DNA of 64,000 nt. Origin: Phycisphaerae bacterium (GTDB lineage: Bacteria; Planctomycetota; Phycisphaerae; UBA1845; Fen-1342). Shown here one piece after another: positions 44,872 through 54,694 of the stretch (positions are counted from its first letter, which is position 1; each line of letters opens with the position of its first letter). The DNA lies in contig CAXXWX010000023.1 in the NCBI GenBank assembly GCA_963675745.2, positions 160,001 to 224,000 on the forward strand, in the 5' to 3' direction. Position numbers and translations under genes: made by a program. Under the pieces are notes generated by a model. That model ran no database searches. It saw only the letters and a list, made by a program, of their open reading frames with translations, and had not been told where the DNA came from.

Positions 44872-44916
44872 CGAGGCCGGCGCCGGAGTCATCCGGCGCC
44901 GGCCTCGTTGGTTTTT
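44872..44916 (+). terminator. Rho-independent terminator after xerC
   Basis: 16-bp perfect stem CGAGGCCGGCGCCGGA-gtca-TCCGGCGCCGGCCTCG followed by TTGGTTTTT. Confidence 0.8.
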
Positions 44917-45034
44917 GGCTCGCTCTTCTTCGCTCGTCTCGCAATTGTGCGTGTCGGCAACTGGCGAGGTCGGTGGTTGGCGCGCCATAATGCGTCTCGC
45001 CGATGGGCGGGACCATGCGCGAGGAGTGTTAGAG

Positions 45035-45616
45035 ATGGCTGACGAACCAAGACAACCGGCCGCAGCGCAGAATCCACCGGATGCGGAGATGATGCGCACG
45101 CCGACTGACGAAGAACAAGCGCCGCTCGATCCGCGCAGCGAGCGTGATCTGTGGCAGGGCCGGCAGAGTTGGAAGACGACTTACCCGACGGTGTTTGTGT
45201 GGACGGTTGTGACCATCCTGGCCATCATCCTGGTCGCAGTGTGGCAGAAAGAGTGGACGGGGCCCTTAATCGCCGCCGGTGTCGGCGTGCTGATCATGCT
45301 CGCCATGCTGGCGCGTACGGCGTACAGCATCTTCAGCAACTCGTACCGCATCACCACGCAACGTCTGTTCATCAGACGGGGCATCCTGACACAGACCGTC
45401 AACCAGACTGAGCTGCTCCGCGTTGATGATGTGAAGATGACGCAGACGCTGCTGGAGCGCGTGCTCGGCATCGGGACCGTCGATGTCCTGTCGAGTGACC
45501 GAACAGATGCCAGCATCCGCATCGTCGGTGTGGCGGAGCCGGCGCAGGTGGCCGAGCACATTCGCCGCCACACGCGGACGCTTCAGAAGCGCACACTGTT
45601 CATGGAGAATCTGTGA
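45035..45616 (+). CDS. Bacterial PH-domain (bPH_2) membrane protein
   Basis: GAGGAG SD, two TMs, YRITTQRLFIRRGIL..ELLRVDDV..QTLLER.LGIGTV. Confidence 0.85.
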   Translation: MADEPRQPAAAQNPPDAEMMRTPTDEEQAPLDPRSERDLWQGRQSWKTTYPTVFVWTVVTILAIILVAVWQKEWTGPLIAAGVGVLIMLAMLARTAYSIFSNSYRITTQRLFIRRGILTQTVNQTELLRVDDVKMTQTLLERVLGIGTVDVLSSDRTDASIRIVGVAEPAQVAEHIRRHTRTLQKRTLFMENL

Positions 45617-45793
45617 TGGGGCATCGGCGACCGCCGAGATGTGCATGACTGGATGGCGGCCCCTATCATCAGAGGTTGACGAGTCATTGGCAGATCAACC
45701 GGGACGCAGGCCGCGTCACGGCGGGCGGACAGCAGTGCTGTGGGCCCGAGCGACGCCGCATGGTAGGAATCCAACGTGAAAGGACAAGCAGCG

Positions 45794-46282
45794 ATGTTGA
45801 TTTCGGATGCAGTTGTTGCGAAGCTGAACGAGCAGATTGTGAACGAGTTTTTCGCATCGAACACGTACCTGGCGATGGCCTGCTACTTTAAGCGCCAGGG
45901 CCTGCACCTGCTCGCCAAACTGTTCCGCAAGCACGCCGTCGAGGAGCGCGAGCACGCGCTCAAGATCATCGACTACATCGAAGACCGTGCGGGCAAGGCC
46001 GAGCTCGGCGCCATACCTGTCCCCCAAAACGACTTCGCGTCGGTGGTCGAGGCCCTCGAGGCGGCGTACGAACACGAGAAGATGGTCAGCGAGCAGTTCT
46101 ACGCACTCTGCGACCTGGCTGACAATCAGAAAGACAAATCCACCAGCAACTTCCTCGGCTGGTTCATAGACGAGCAGGTGGAGGAGGTGCAGTTGACCTA
46201 CCAACTGCTGCAAGCCGGAAAGATGGCCGGTCCGGCCCTGCTCAGCGTAGAGGCCTATCTGGCACACATCGGCGACGATTAG
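45794..46282 (+). CDS. ftnA: Ferritin
   Basis: LNEQIVNEF..Y, EEREHA, HEK.VS, FL.WFIDEQVEE ferroxidase residues. Confidence 0.92.
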   Translation: MLISDAVVAKLNEQIVNEFFASNTYLAMACYFKRQGLHLLAKLFRKHAVEEREHALKIIDYIEDRAGKAELGAIPVPQNDFASVVEALEAAYEHEKMVSEQFYALCDLADNQKDKSTSNFLGWFIDEQVEEVQLTYQLLQAGKMAGPALLSVEAYLAHIGDD

Positions 46283-46509
46283 CAGTGTCACTGGCGTATG
46301 ATTGATGCCTGCTAGCCGCGCGCCGGGACTGTGGCGACGACATATTTGGTCGGCGGATGGGCCGGGCTCCGCTGGGTTCGCGGCGCGCGGCTGCCGATCC
46401 GGCGGATGCAAGTGTAGATATCTGTGGCTGTGAGCCGCGACCAGAGCGTAAGTCTTTGGTTTTCAAGATGTTACGCAACACAGTGGTCATGGCGTCACTC
46501 TAGCTGTTT

Positions 46510-46538
46510 TTGACCCGACCCATAATCTGTCTTATACT
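46510..46538 (+). promoter_or_regulatory. sigma70 promoter of dnaG-rpoD
   Basis: TTGACC-N17-TATACT, about 100 nt before the dnaG ATG. Confidence 0.75.
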
Positions 46539-46640
46539 TAGCTCAGGTGCGCTCGGGGGCGAAGGACGAACGAGCGCAGTGGGTTGGCGTGTTGGCGGGA
46601 TCTCAACAGCGGAGCCGTAGGCCGCACTCAGCCGGTGCTG

Positions 46641-48470
46641 ATGCATAACTCTTTAAAAGACAAAATCTTAGACCTCGTCGACATCGTTGAGGTCATCGGT
46701 GAGCGTATACCCCTCAAGCCCAAGGGCCGCGAGATGGTGGGTCTATGCCCATTCCACGATGACCACAAGCCATCTTTCAACGTCAGCCCCACCAAGAAAA
46801 TCTTCAAGTGCTGGTCGTGCGGGGCGGGCGGTGATGTGATCAAGTTCGTGCAGTTGTACGAACGCGTGAACTTCCGCGAAGCCTTGGGACGACTGGCCGA
46901 GCGAGCGGGCATAGACGCCCAAGTCTCCCCCGAGGAACGGCGGCGCTTCGAGGCCCGCGATGCGCTGAGGCGGGTAATGGTGTGGGCCCGGGCGTACTTT
47001 CACCGCAACCTGTTGGAGACCGATGCCGGCCGAGTGGCGCTCGATTATGCCCACTCGCGTGGCTTGAGCGATGAGACGATTGAGCGTTTCGGCATTGGGC
47101 TGGCGACGGATGCGTGGGATGACCTGCTGCAATCCGCCCGCCGGGCCAGGGTGCCCGCCGCCCTGCTCGAGCAGGGTGGGCTGGTGACGACTAACGAGAA
47201 AGGCCGCACGTACGATCGTTTTCGCAACCGTCTGATATTCCCGATCTGCGATTCACTGGGACGGCCGATCGCGTTTGGCGGGCGTACGCTGGGAGACGAT
47301 CAAGCAAAATACCTGAACTCGCCCGAGTCCGCCCTGTTTCAGAAGTCGCGGGTGCTGTTTGCTTTCGATGCGGCACGGGACGCCATGCGTAGCGACGCGC
47401 GGGCGGTTGTGGTCGAGGGGTATCTCGACGCCGTGTTGCTGCACCAGCACGGCATCAGCAGCGCGGTGGCCACGTTGGGAACGGCCCTCAGTGACTCACA
47501 CATCAAGCTCCTGAAGCCCTTGGTCGACAGTGTCGTGCTGTGTTTTGACGGCGATGAAGCCGGACAGCGCGCGGCCGATCGTGGGTTGGAGACGGCTGTC
47601 CAGCACGCGGTGGATGTGCGTATCTGCGTATTGGACGGTGGGCTGGACCCGGCGGACATGGTCACACAAAAGGGGGCCGCGGCGCTGACTAACGTGTTGT
47701 CCGGCGCACAGGACGCGCTACAATTCAAGTGGGATCAAACGGTTAGGTCACTGAAGCAGGGAGAACGCCGCGCGAGCCGTAGCGGCATTGAGGCTTTCCT
47801 GAACGTGGTGGCCAATGCGAGCGTAGCCGGCGGAATCGATCCCATGGAGCAGAGCTTTCTGGTAGACCGGCTGGCCGGCGTGCTGTCTCTGCCAAGCGAC
47901 ACCGTTTATTCGATGTTGGCACGCGCGCGGGACCAGGTTCGGCGTCAGCGCCAATATTCGCAAGGCGCGATCGAACAAGACGAGGAAGCCTACCTGGAGA
48001 TGCTGCGCGAAGTTCCCGCCGGTCTGGTGGGCGCCACGGAGCAGATTTTTGGGCTGCTCTTGCGTGATTCGGCGTGTTTTGCGTGGCTGGACGAGGTATT
48101 TGCCCAGGCGGTGGGCTATTGCGAGGCGTGGCAGCGACTGTACGACATTCTGCGCGAGCTGGTCGACGATCAGGGGGGCTACGAGCGTCGGGATGTGCTC
48201 GCGCGGTGCGACGATTCGGTCGCGCTGGAACTGGCCAGTCGGGCAACGGAGTGTGCGCCGGTTGGCGCTGATCCCAGGGGGTGTTACGAGGTGGCCCGCG
48301 ATCGATTGCGGGCGGAACTGAACGTGATTCGCATAGGCGATCTGCAAGATAGCCTGCGAGAGCCGGATGGCGATCAACGCTTTGCGGCGATGGTTGATGT
48401 GGTCAAGGCCCAGTCGGTGCGGGGGAAGCGGCTATTCGCGCCGGGGCATTTGCGCGGCGTTGGACACTAG
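46641..48470 (+). CDS. dnaG: DNA primase
   Basis: CPFHDD..PSF..FKCWSCG zinc finger, DRFRNRLIFPI, FGGR, KYLNSPE, VEGYLD, CFDGDEAG, DPAD. Confidence 0.96.
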   Translation: MHNSLKDKILDLVDIVEVIGERIPLKPKGREMVGLCPFHDDHKPSFNVSPTKKIFKCWSCGAGGDVIKFVQLYERVNFREALGRLAERAGIDAQVSPEERRRFEARDALRRVMVWARAYFHRNLLETDAGRVALDYAHSRGLSDETIERFGIGLATDAWDDLLQSARRARVPAALLEQGGLVTTNEKGRTYDRFRNRLIFPICDSLGRPIAFGGRTLGDDQAKYLNSPESALFQKSRVLFAFDAARDAMRSDARAVVVEGYLDAVLLHQHGISSAVATLGTALSDSHIKLLKPLVDSVVLCFDGDEAGQRAADRGLETAVQHAVDVRICVLDGGLDPADMVTQKGAAALTNVLSGAQDALQFKWDQTVRSLKQGERRASRSGIEAFLNVVANASVAGGIDPMEQSFLVDRLAGVLSLPSDTVYSMLARARDQVRRQRQYSQGAIEQDEEAYLEMLREVPAGLVGATEQIFGLLLRDSACFAWLDEVFAQAVGYCEAWQRLYDILRELVDDQGGYERRDVLARCDDSVALELASRATECAPVGADPRGCYEVARDRLRAELNVIRIGDLQDSLREPDGDQRFAAMVDVVKAQSVRGKRLFAPGHLRGVGH

Positions 48471-48618
48471 CGCGGGCGATTGCCGCCGGCGGCTGATCGG
48501 CCGGGCTTGGCTGTGTTGGGGCGAAGAGTCTCTGATGGGAGCTGGAGAGACTCTGTTGAGCGGTGTGGCGTGGGAGCGAGCACGGTAGAGCCGTTGTTGG
48601 TAGGTGAGGAGAGCATTG

Positions 48619-50334
48619 ATGTCAGTACAACCGGTGGACGTTGATCCCATCGAGCAGTGTGTGCTTGAGCTGATCGAGCGTGGCAAGCGGCGCCAATATT
48701 TGACGTGGGAAGAGTTAAACGAGGCTCTGCCTGACGAGGCGATTACGCCAGACAAGCTCGAGAGCGTCCTCAACCAGATTGAGCAATCCGGCATCGCGAT
48801 GATCGACGAGATCGAGGCGGATAAGCTGCGCGGCCAGCAGCGCAAACGGCTGGGCACGCTGGAAGGCGGCGATACGCTCGATGAGGTCACAGAGGTCGAC
48901 CTGGCGGACGCAACGGCCCGCCGGATCGATGACCCGGTGCGGATGTACCTGACGCAGATGGGCGAGATACCGCTGCTGACGCGTGAGGAAGAGATCGCGC
49001 TGGCCAAGAAGATCGAGCTGACGCGGATGGCTTTCAGGCGGCGTGTGCTCGAGAACGACTACTGCACGCAGCAGGCCGTCGAGACGATTCAGGCGGTGGC
49101 CGACGGGCGCATGCCGTTTGACCGCACGATGAAGATCTCCACGACTGAGAGCATGGCCAAGGCCACGATTCTACGCCGGCTGCCGGCCAACCTGGCCACG
49201 GTGCGCCGGCTGCTGGATCTGAACCAGGCTGACTGGCAGTTGGTGCGTGATAATCGCGTGCCGGCGGCCGAGCACAAGGTCGCGCAGATGCGCATCACGC
49301 AGCGCCGGCGTCGCGCGGTAACGCTGCTCGAAGAGCTATCGCTGCGTACCAGCCGCATCACACCCATGATGAAGAAGCTGGTGGGGATGATCGGCAAGAC
49401 CGAAACGCTGGAGCGCGAGCTGAAGACTCGCGGCAAGTCGCTGCCGCCCGATGAGGTTGCGGCGATGAAAGACGAGTACAACGGGTTGGTGGAGCTCGTG
49501 ATGGAGCTGCCCACCGATCTGCGCAAGCGCGTGACCGACGGGCGCAAAGTGTTCGGCGAATACGAGGAGGCCAAGCGTCGGCTGGCGGGCGGTAATCTGC
49601 GGCTGGTTGTTTCGATCGCCAAGAAGTACCGCAATCGCGGCTTGAGCTTTCTGGACATTATTCAAGAGGGCAACACGGGCCTGATGCGCGCCGTGGATAA
49701 GTATGAGTACCGGCGCGGCTATAAGTTCAGCACCTACGCCACCTGGTGGATTCGCCAGGCGATTACGCGGGCGATCGCGGATCATGCGCGCACCATCCGT
49801 ATTCCGGTGCACATGATCGAGACGATGAGCAAGCTGCGCAACATCGGCAAGAAACTGCTCCAGGATCTGGGCCGCGAGCCCACCATCGAGGAGATTGCCC
49901 GCGAGGCGGACATGCCGGTCAGCGAGGCGCGGCGGGTCATGAAGATCAGCCGGCATCCGATCTCGCTGGATCGACCGGTCGGCGAAAGCGAAGATTCATA
50001 CTTCGGCGACTTCATCGAGGACGAAAAGGCGGAGTCGCCGGTATACAGTGCCAGCGACGAGATGCTGCGCGACCGCATCGAGGCGGTGCTCAAGACCCTG
50101 ACCTATCGCGAGCGCGAGATCATCAAGCTGCGCTACGGTATCGGTGACGGCTACACATACACGCTCGAAGAAGTCGGCAAGATCTTCAAGGTCACGCGCG
50201 AACGCGTGCGGCAGGTAGAGGCCAAGGCGATTCGCAAATTACAGCACCCCGTGCGGGCCCGCAAATTGCAGGGTTTCCTCGACGGGTCACAACGTCAGGA
50301 CGTGGACCGCGAGACCGACGACGAAAACGAGTAG
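48619..50334 (+). CDS. rpoD: Primary sigma factor RpoD
   Basis: [48 protein letters not shown]; follows dnaG. Confidence 0.97.
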   Translation: MSVQPVDVDPIEQCVLELIERGKRRQYLTWEELNEALPDEAITPDKLESVLNQIEQSGIAMIDEIEADKLRGQQRKRLGTLEGGDTLDEVTEVDLADATARRIDDPVRMYLTQMGEIPLLTREEEIALAKKIELTRMAFRRRVLENDYCTQQAVETIQAVADGRMPFDRTMKISTTESMAKATILRRLPANLATVRRLLDLNQADWQLVRDNRVPAAEHKVAQMRITQRRRRAVTLLEELSLRTSRITPMMKKLVGMIGKTETLERELKTRGKSLPPDEVAAMKDEYNGLVELVMELPTDLRKRVTDGRKVFGEYEEAKRRLAGGNLRLVVSIAKKYRNRGLSFLDIIQEGNTGLMRAVDKYEYRRGYKFSTYATWWIRQAITRAIADHARTIRIPVHMIETMSKLRNIGKKLLQDLGREPTIEEIAREADMPVSEARRVMKISRHPISLDRPVGESEDSYFGDFIEDEKAESPVYSASDEMLRDRIEAVLKTLTYREREIIKLRYGIGDGYTYTLEEVGKIFKVTRERVRQVEAKAIRKLQHPVRARKLQGFLDGSQRQDVDRETDDENE

Positions 50335-50403
50335 CGCCGCGCCGGATGGTGCTGCGCTGCGCGTCGGCGCGCGGACCCGCCTCCGCTCGTGTGGGTGGCG
50401 GAC

Positions 50404-51351
50404 ATGACCGAGTCTGGTAACGGCGACGGGCTCCGCAATCACGACCATCCGACCACCCGGAGAGTGCGAAAGAAGCGTTGGCTTTCAGCCCGGCTGCGCT
50501 GGTCGATTCGGCTCGGTGTGATTGCCGTCACGGTTGGGTATCTGGTGACCTTCGGCTGCGACAGTCAGTTCTATCACCCGAATCAGAAGCTGTACTACCG
50601 AGCGGCCGAGTTTCAGCTCGCACATGAGGATGTCTATTTCCCGACAGCGGACGGGTTGACGCTGCACGGCTGGTTTCTGCCAGCGCGCAAGGAGACGCGC
50701 GGGACGGTGATCCACTTCCACGGAAACGCCGCGAATGTCACAAACCATGTGGCCCTGATCGCCTGGCTTCCGCACGCCGGCTATAACGTGCTGATGTTCG
50801 ACTATCGCGGGTTTGGACAATCGGAGGGGCGACCGACACGGACGGGCACGATCAACGACGGGCACGCCGTCGTGGATTACATGAAGACGCGTCCCGAGTA
50901 CGACGCAAAGCGTCTGTTCGCCTATGGCCAATCGCTGGGCGGCGCGGTGGCCGTCGTGATCGGTGCCGAACGGGACGAAATCCGCGCGGTTGTTGCCGAA
51001 GCGGCGTTCGGGGATTACCGGGGCATAGCGGCGTGGCACGGGCGCAAGCTGGTCTATTTCGATGTGCTGGCGCGTGGCCTGGCGCGTGTGTTGATTTCAG
51101 ATGGCCATGATCCGATAGATGTGGTGGCGAAACTGGCCCCGCGGCCGCTATTGGTGATTGCCGGCGGCGATGATCACATTTGCCCGGCGCAGCTCGGCCG
51201 CGAGCTCTTTGAAGCCGCGCGCGAGCCGAAGGAGTACATTCTGGTCGAGGAGGCCGACCATTTCGAGGCGCTGGACTACGGCGGCGGCGAGGTTCAACGG
51301 CGGATTGTCGACACCTTTGAGCAGGCGGCGCAGATGGACGGGCCGGGTTGA
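50404..51351 (+). CDS. Alpha/beta hydrolase (ABHD13/YfhR-like)
   Basis: FHGNA, FDYRGFGQSEG, GQSLGG nucleophile, GGDD, DH. Confidence 0.88.
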   Translation: MTESGNGDGLRNHDHPTTRRVRKKRWLSARLRWSIRLGVIAVTVGYLVTFGCDSQFYHPNQKLYYRAAEFQLAHEDVYFPTADGLTLHGWFLPARKETRGTVIHFHGNAANVTNHVALIAWLPHAGYNVLMFDYRGFGQSEGRPTRTGTINDGHAVVDYMKTRPEYDAKRLFAYGQSLGGAVAVVIGAERDEIRAVVAEAAFGDYRGIAAWHGRKLVYFDVLARGLARVLISDGHDPIDVVAKLAPRPLLVIAGGDDHICPAQLGRELFEAAREPKEYILVEEADHFEALDYGGGEVQRRIVDTFEQAAQMDGPG

Positions 51352-51416
51352 GTGTCACCTTGGGGCCGACTAAGCTGATAGCGGGTGCGATTCGTGTCTT
51401 TGCTGAGGGAAACGCC

Positions 51417-52283
51417 ATGAGATTTCGCGACGCTTTGCGGGCAACCGGGAAAGAGTGGCTCATCGCTCTGATGTGCTACTCGCTGGTCATCGCGCCGTTC
51501 GGGTGCGAGATCCAATCATCGCTACTGGAAGATCTGGGTGGCCTGTTACCGGATGGCGGGAGCACGGCAGGCTCCGACGGCGGGCTATTCATTAACGACG
51601 ACTACTCGAGCCCGCTGGTGGCAGCCGCCCAGGGCGAAGGCGGTAGAGGGTTCTTCGTCTTCGGCAAGCGCGGCGCCGATGGCTCCCTGCTCGAGGTCGA
51701 CGCGATCACCGCCCGCGCCGCCGACGGGCGCGACGCTTTCATGTCGTTCGTGCTCGGACGGCCGGTGCATGTGCAGGGCCTCGACGGCAGCTATGCCCAT
51801 GTCACGTACACGGAGATTGGCGGCGTGAGGCTGTCAGCGACCGTGGACATCTATGACGCGGGCAGCGGTGGCCAGGAACAGCACGTCATCGAAGTGGACC
51901 TGGCCAAGGCCGCACAGGAGGTGGCCACCCTGATCGAGCGGGAGATCGGCCAGCACGTGCCCGTGACCGATGCCGATCAGCTTCAACGCGCCAAGCCGAC
52001 GACGAACGCGGCTCAGATCACGATCTTCAGCCCGCTGTTCGCTCTGTTCGTGCTGCCACTGGTGGCGTTGGTGAACCTGACGACGGTGATCCTGGGCCAA
52101 CTGATTACGTCGTTGGTGGCGATCCTGGTCATGACCGCGCAGATCATCGTGGCCTCGATATTCTTCCCGTTTTTCCTGGTCGCGGAGTTGCTGAATGCCA
52201 CCGTGTTCAATGTACACGTGGAGGCACCGGCACTGCGGTTCACCTTTTTGCCCGATCCGCCCACGTTCGTTTTGAAGCTATAG
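51417..52283 (+). CDS. Hypothetical membrane-anchored (lipo)protein
   Basis: Possible lipobox PFGC, beta-rich middle, long C-terminal hydrophobic segment. Confidence 0.65.
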   Translation: MRFRDALRATGKEWLIALMCYSLVIAPFGCEIQSSLLEDLGGLLPDGGSTAGSDGGLFINDDYSSPLVAAAQGEGGRGFFVFGKRGADGSLLEVDAITARAADGRDAFMSFVLGRPVHVQGLDGSYAHVTYTEIGGVRLSATVDIYDAGSGGQEQHVIEVDLAKAAQEVATLIEREIGQHVPVTDADQLQRAKPTTNAAQITIFSPLFALFVLPLVALVNLTTVILGQLITSLVAILVMTAQIIVASIFFPFFLVAELLNATVFNVHVEAPALRFTFLPDPPTFVLKL

Positions 52284-52313
52284 CGGCACATCCGTTGCGG
52301 CCGGGCGATTGGT

Positions 52314-52962
52314 ATGGGCGTTGGCTGGATCGACATTTCCGTCCCGCTGCAAGCCGGCGTGGTGACCTGGCCTGGCGATGATGCGGTGTGTGTCGAGTCG
52401 GTCGCGCGTATCGACTCGGGTGACACCTGCAATCTATCCCGCCTGTCCATGAGCACTCACGCCGGCACGCACATCGACGCGCCGCTTCATTATGTGGGCA
52501 ATGGCGTGGGGATCGACCAGATGCCGATCGATGCCACCGTTGGCGCCGCCCGCGTGTTGCACGTCGGTGACGGGCCCACGATCACCGCTGACGCGCTCGA
52601 GCCGCTTGAGATCCGTGCCGGGCAGCGCCTGCTGTTTCGCACCCGGAAACTCGTCGCGACCGTGGTGGTCACACGCGTTTGACGAGGACTTTGTGTACCT
52701 GTCACTTGATGCGGCTGAGTTTCTTGCAGAAAAGCGCGTACGCGCGGTCGGCATCGATTACCTGTCTGTGGGCGGCTATTCGGCAGACGCACGCGGCGAC
52801 GAGGTACACCGCACGCTTTTGCGCGCCGGCATCTGGCTTATCGAGGGATTGAATCTGACTCAGGTATCGCCGGGGGATTATGAGCTCATGTGTCTGCCAC
52901 TGGGACTCGTCGGTGCCGAGGGGGCGCCGGCGCGGGCGATTCTGCGCAAGACACATGAATAG
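52314..52962 (+). pseudogene. Cyclase family (kynurenine formamidase-like) gene with a +1 frameshift
   Basis: HAGTHIDAPLH in the first frame; VGIDYLSV..IEGLNL..GAPARAIL in the next frame. Removing one A from AAA at 52647-52649 restores FRTRNSSRPWW. Could be a sequencing error. Confidence 0.8.
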
Positions 52963-52975
52963 CGGCCGGTCGGGG

Positions 52976-54690
52976 CTATTGGCTGAGCGGCTCCAGCTTG
53001 CCGCCTCTGCGGAGTGTGTAGAAGCGGTTGACGCGGACGTTTTCGAAGGCCTGTGTGGACAACGCCGCGTCGGGCCAGCGCACCACGACGCGATCAACGC
53101 TGTCCGCCTTACCAATGCCAAACCTGCAATCCGAGTCGTCGCGGTGGCCGGCGTGGCCCAGGCCGCCGTGAACTTCGCGCGTCTGCCGGCGATCATCGAT
53201 CCAGATCGTGACGCGCGCACCGACAGCCTGTCCGAGCAGACGGATATTGAGGAAGCCATTGCCGGCGCGGCGTGCCGCGAGATTGCGCAGCAGGCCGACG
53301 GCGAGCGGGCGGCTCGCGCGCTGTTCGGCGGTCAGGCGCATGTTGTTCGTGCCAACGAGGATGTCCGTAGCGCCGTCGCGGTCAAAGTCGGCAAGAGAAA
53401 TCTGGCTGGCGTTTATCCAGTGAATACCCAGCCGTGGCGTCCAATCGTCAAACGTGTCATCGGGCTCCTGGTGATACAGGCGTAATACCTGGTCGTCGGG
53501 ATAATCGCTGCACGCGATGAGCAGGTCGAGGCGGCCGTCGTTTTCCAGATCAAGCCAGCCGGCGTGCAGGTCGCCCTGGTTCCAGCGCGTGCCGGTGCGC
53601 GTGCGGGGGATCCGTTCAGTTTCGCGCTGGAAGCGAAAGCCGGCCGGCGCCCCTTGATTGGTGAGCAGCGTTGAGAGATCCGACGACGGCCCGGCCCAGG
53701 CATGGGTAATCTCGGCCAGGAAGCAATCCATGTCGCCATCGTTGTCATAGTCGGCCACGGCGCAGTCGAAGGTATTGCCGTTGGCCCGAAACGGCGGCTC
53801 ATCCTCGCGCTCGGCACCGTACTTCTCGAGAAAGAACGCCTTGACGTCGGCGGCGTAGCGTCCGCTGCGGTCGCTGTCGCCGTCAAATGTGGCTTGCGGG
53901 GCGACGTCGGTGAACGTCCCGTCTCCATTGCTGCGCCAAAGGCGGTTCCACTGCCGTCCGTAGGTCATCACCAGCAGATCCTGCCAGCCGTCGTTGTTCC
54001 AATCGGTGTGGGCGACGCCGTACGTGGGGCGGCGGCTGTCAGCCAGGCCGGGTTCAGCGACGCCGAGCAGGCCCGCAGGCTGCGTTACATCGGTGAAGGT
54101 GCCGTCGCCGTTTCCGCGATAAAGCCGGTCGGGGAAGGCTTCGAGGTCGCCGCCGGCAGGGTCGTAGGAGTTCCCGACGAAGAGATCGAGGTGCCCGTCG
54201 CGGTCGTAGTCGAGGAAACAGGCGGAGATGGTGACGTCGGGGTGCTGTCCGATGCCGCTGCCTGTGAGTAGCGCAAAGCCGCCCTGCCCATCGCCGATCC
54301 AGATTTCGTTGTGACGGCGCGCCGTGGCGGATTCACTCTCCGAGGTATCGACGCTGAACCCCAGGAACAGGTCGAGGAATCCGTCGCAGTTGACATCGCC
54401 GACCTGCACGCACCCGGGTTTGGCGGCGTTGTCGGGCAGCAGGCGGCTCTCAGCGGCGGTTCGCGTGAAGCGCCGGCCGTGCGTTGGTTCAGGAACACCT
54501 CGCCGCAGCCCAGGAGCAGGTCGGGGTAATGATCGTTATTGAGATCGGCGAATGAGACGCGAGCGGCGCCGACGTCGTTCAGGTCAACCTCGGCGGCGAC
54601 GTTCTCGAACAGCGGTGTCACTTGAGTCGTCTGCGCGGCGCAGCAGGCGACGATCGCGAGCAATACCGCGGCATTACCAATAGGGCGCAT
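52976..54690 (-). pseudogene. CRTAC1-like FG-GAP/ASPIC-UnbV secreted protein with a frameshift near 54480
   Basis: Signal peptide and FADLNNDHYPDLL..VFLNQ in one frame; (H)GRRFTR..GDVNCDGFLDLF, DYDRDG, AVGARV..FGIG..VVRWPD in another. Confidence 0.8.
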
Positions 54691-54694
54691 CAGC

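Noticed and set aside
46446..46476. dif site near xerC
   Set aside because: Only ATGTTA matches; arm sequences and spacer do not fit the 11-6-11 dif layout
48525..48554. Hairpin AGAGTCTCT...AGAGACTCT between dnaG and rpoD as an ncRNA or terminator
   Set aside because: Only a 9-bp stem with no U-tract; insufficient support
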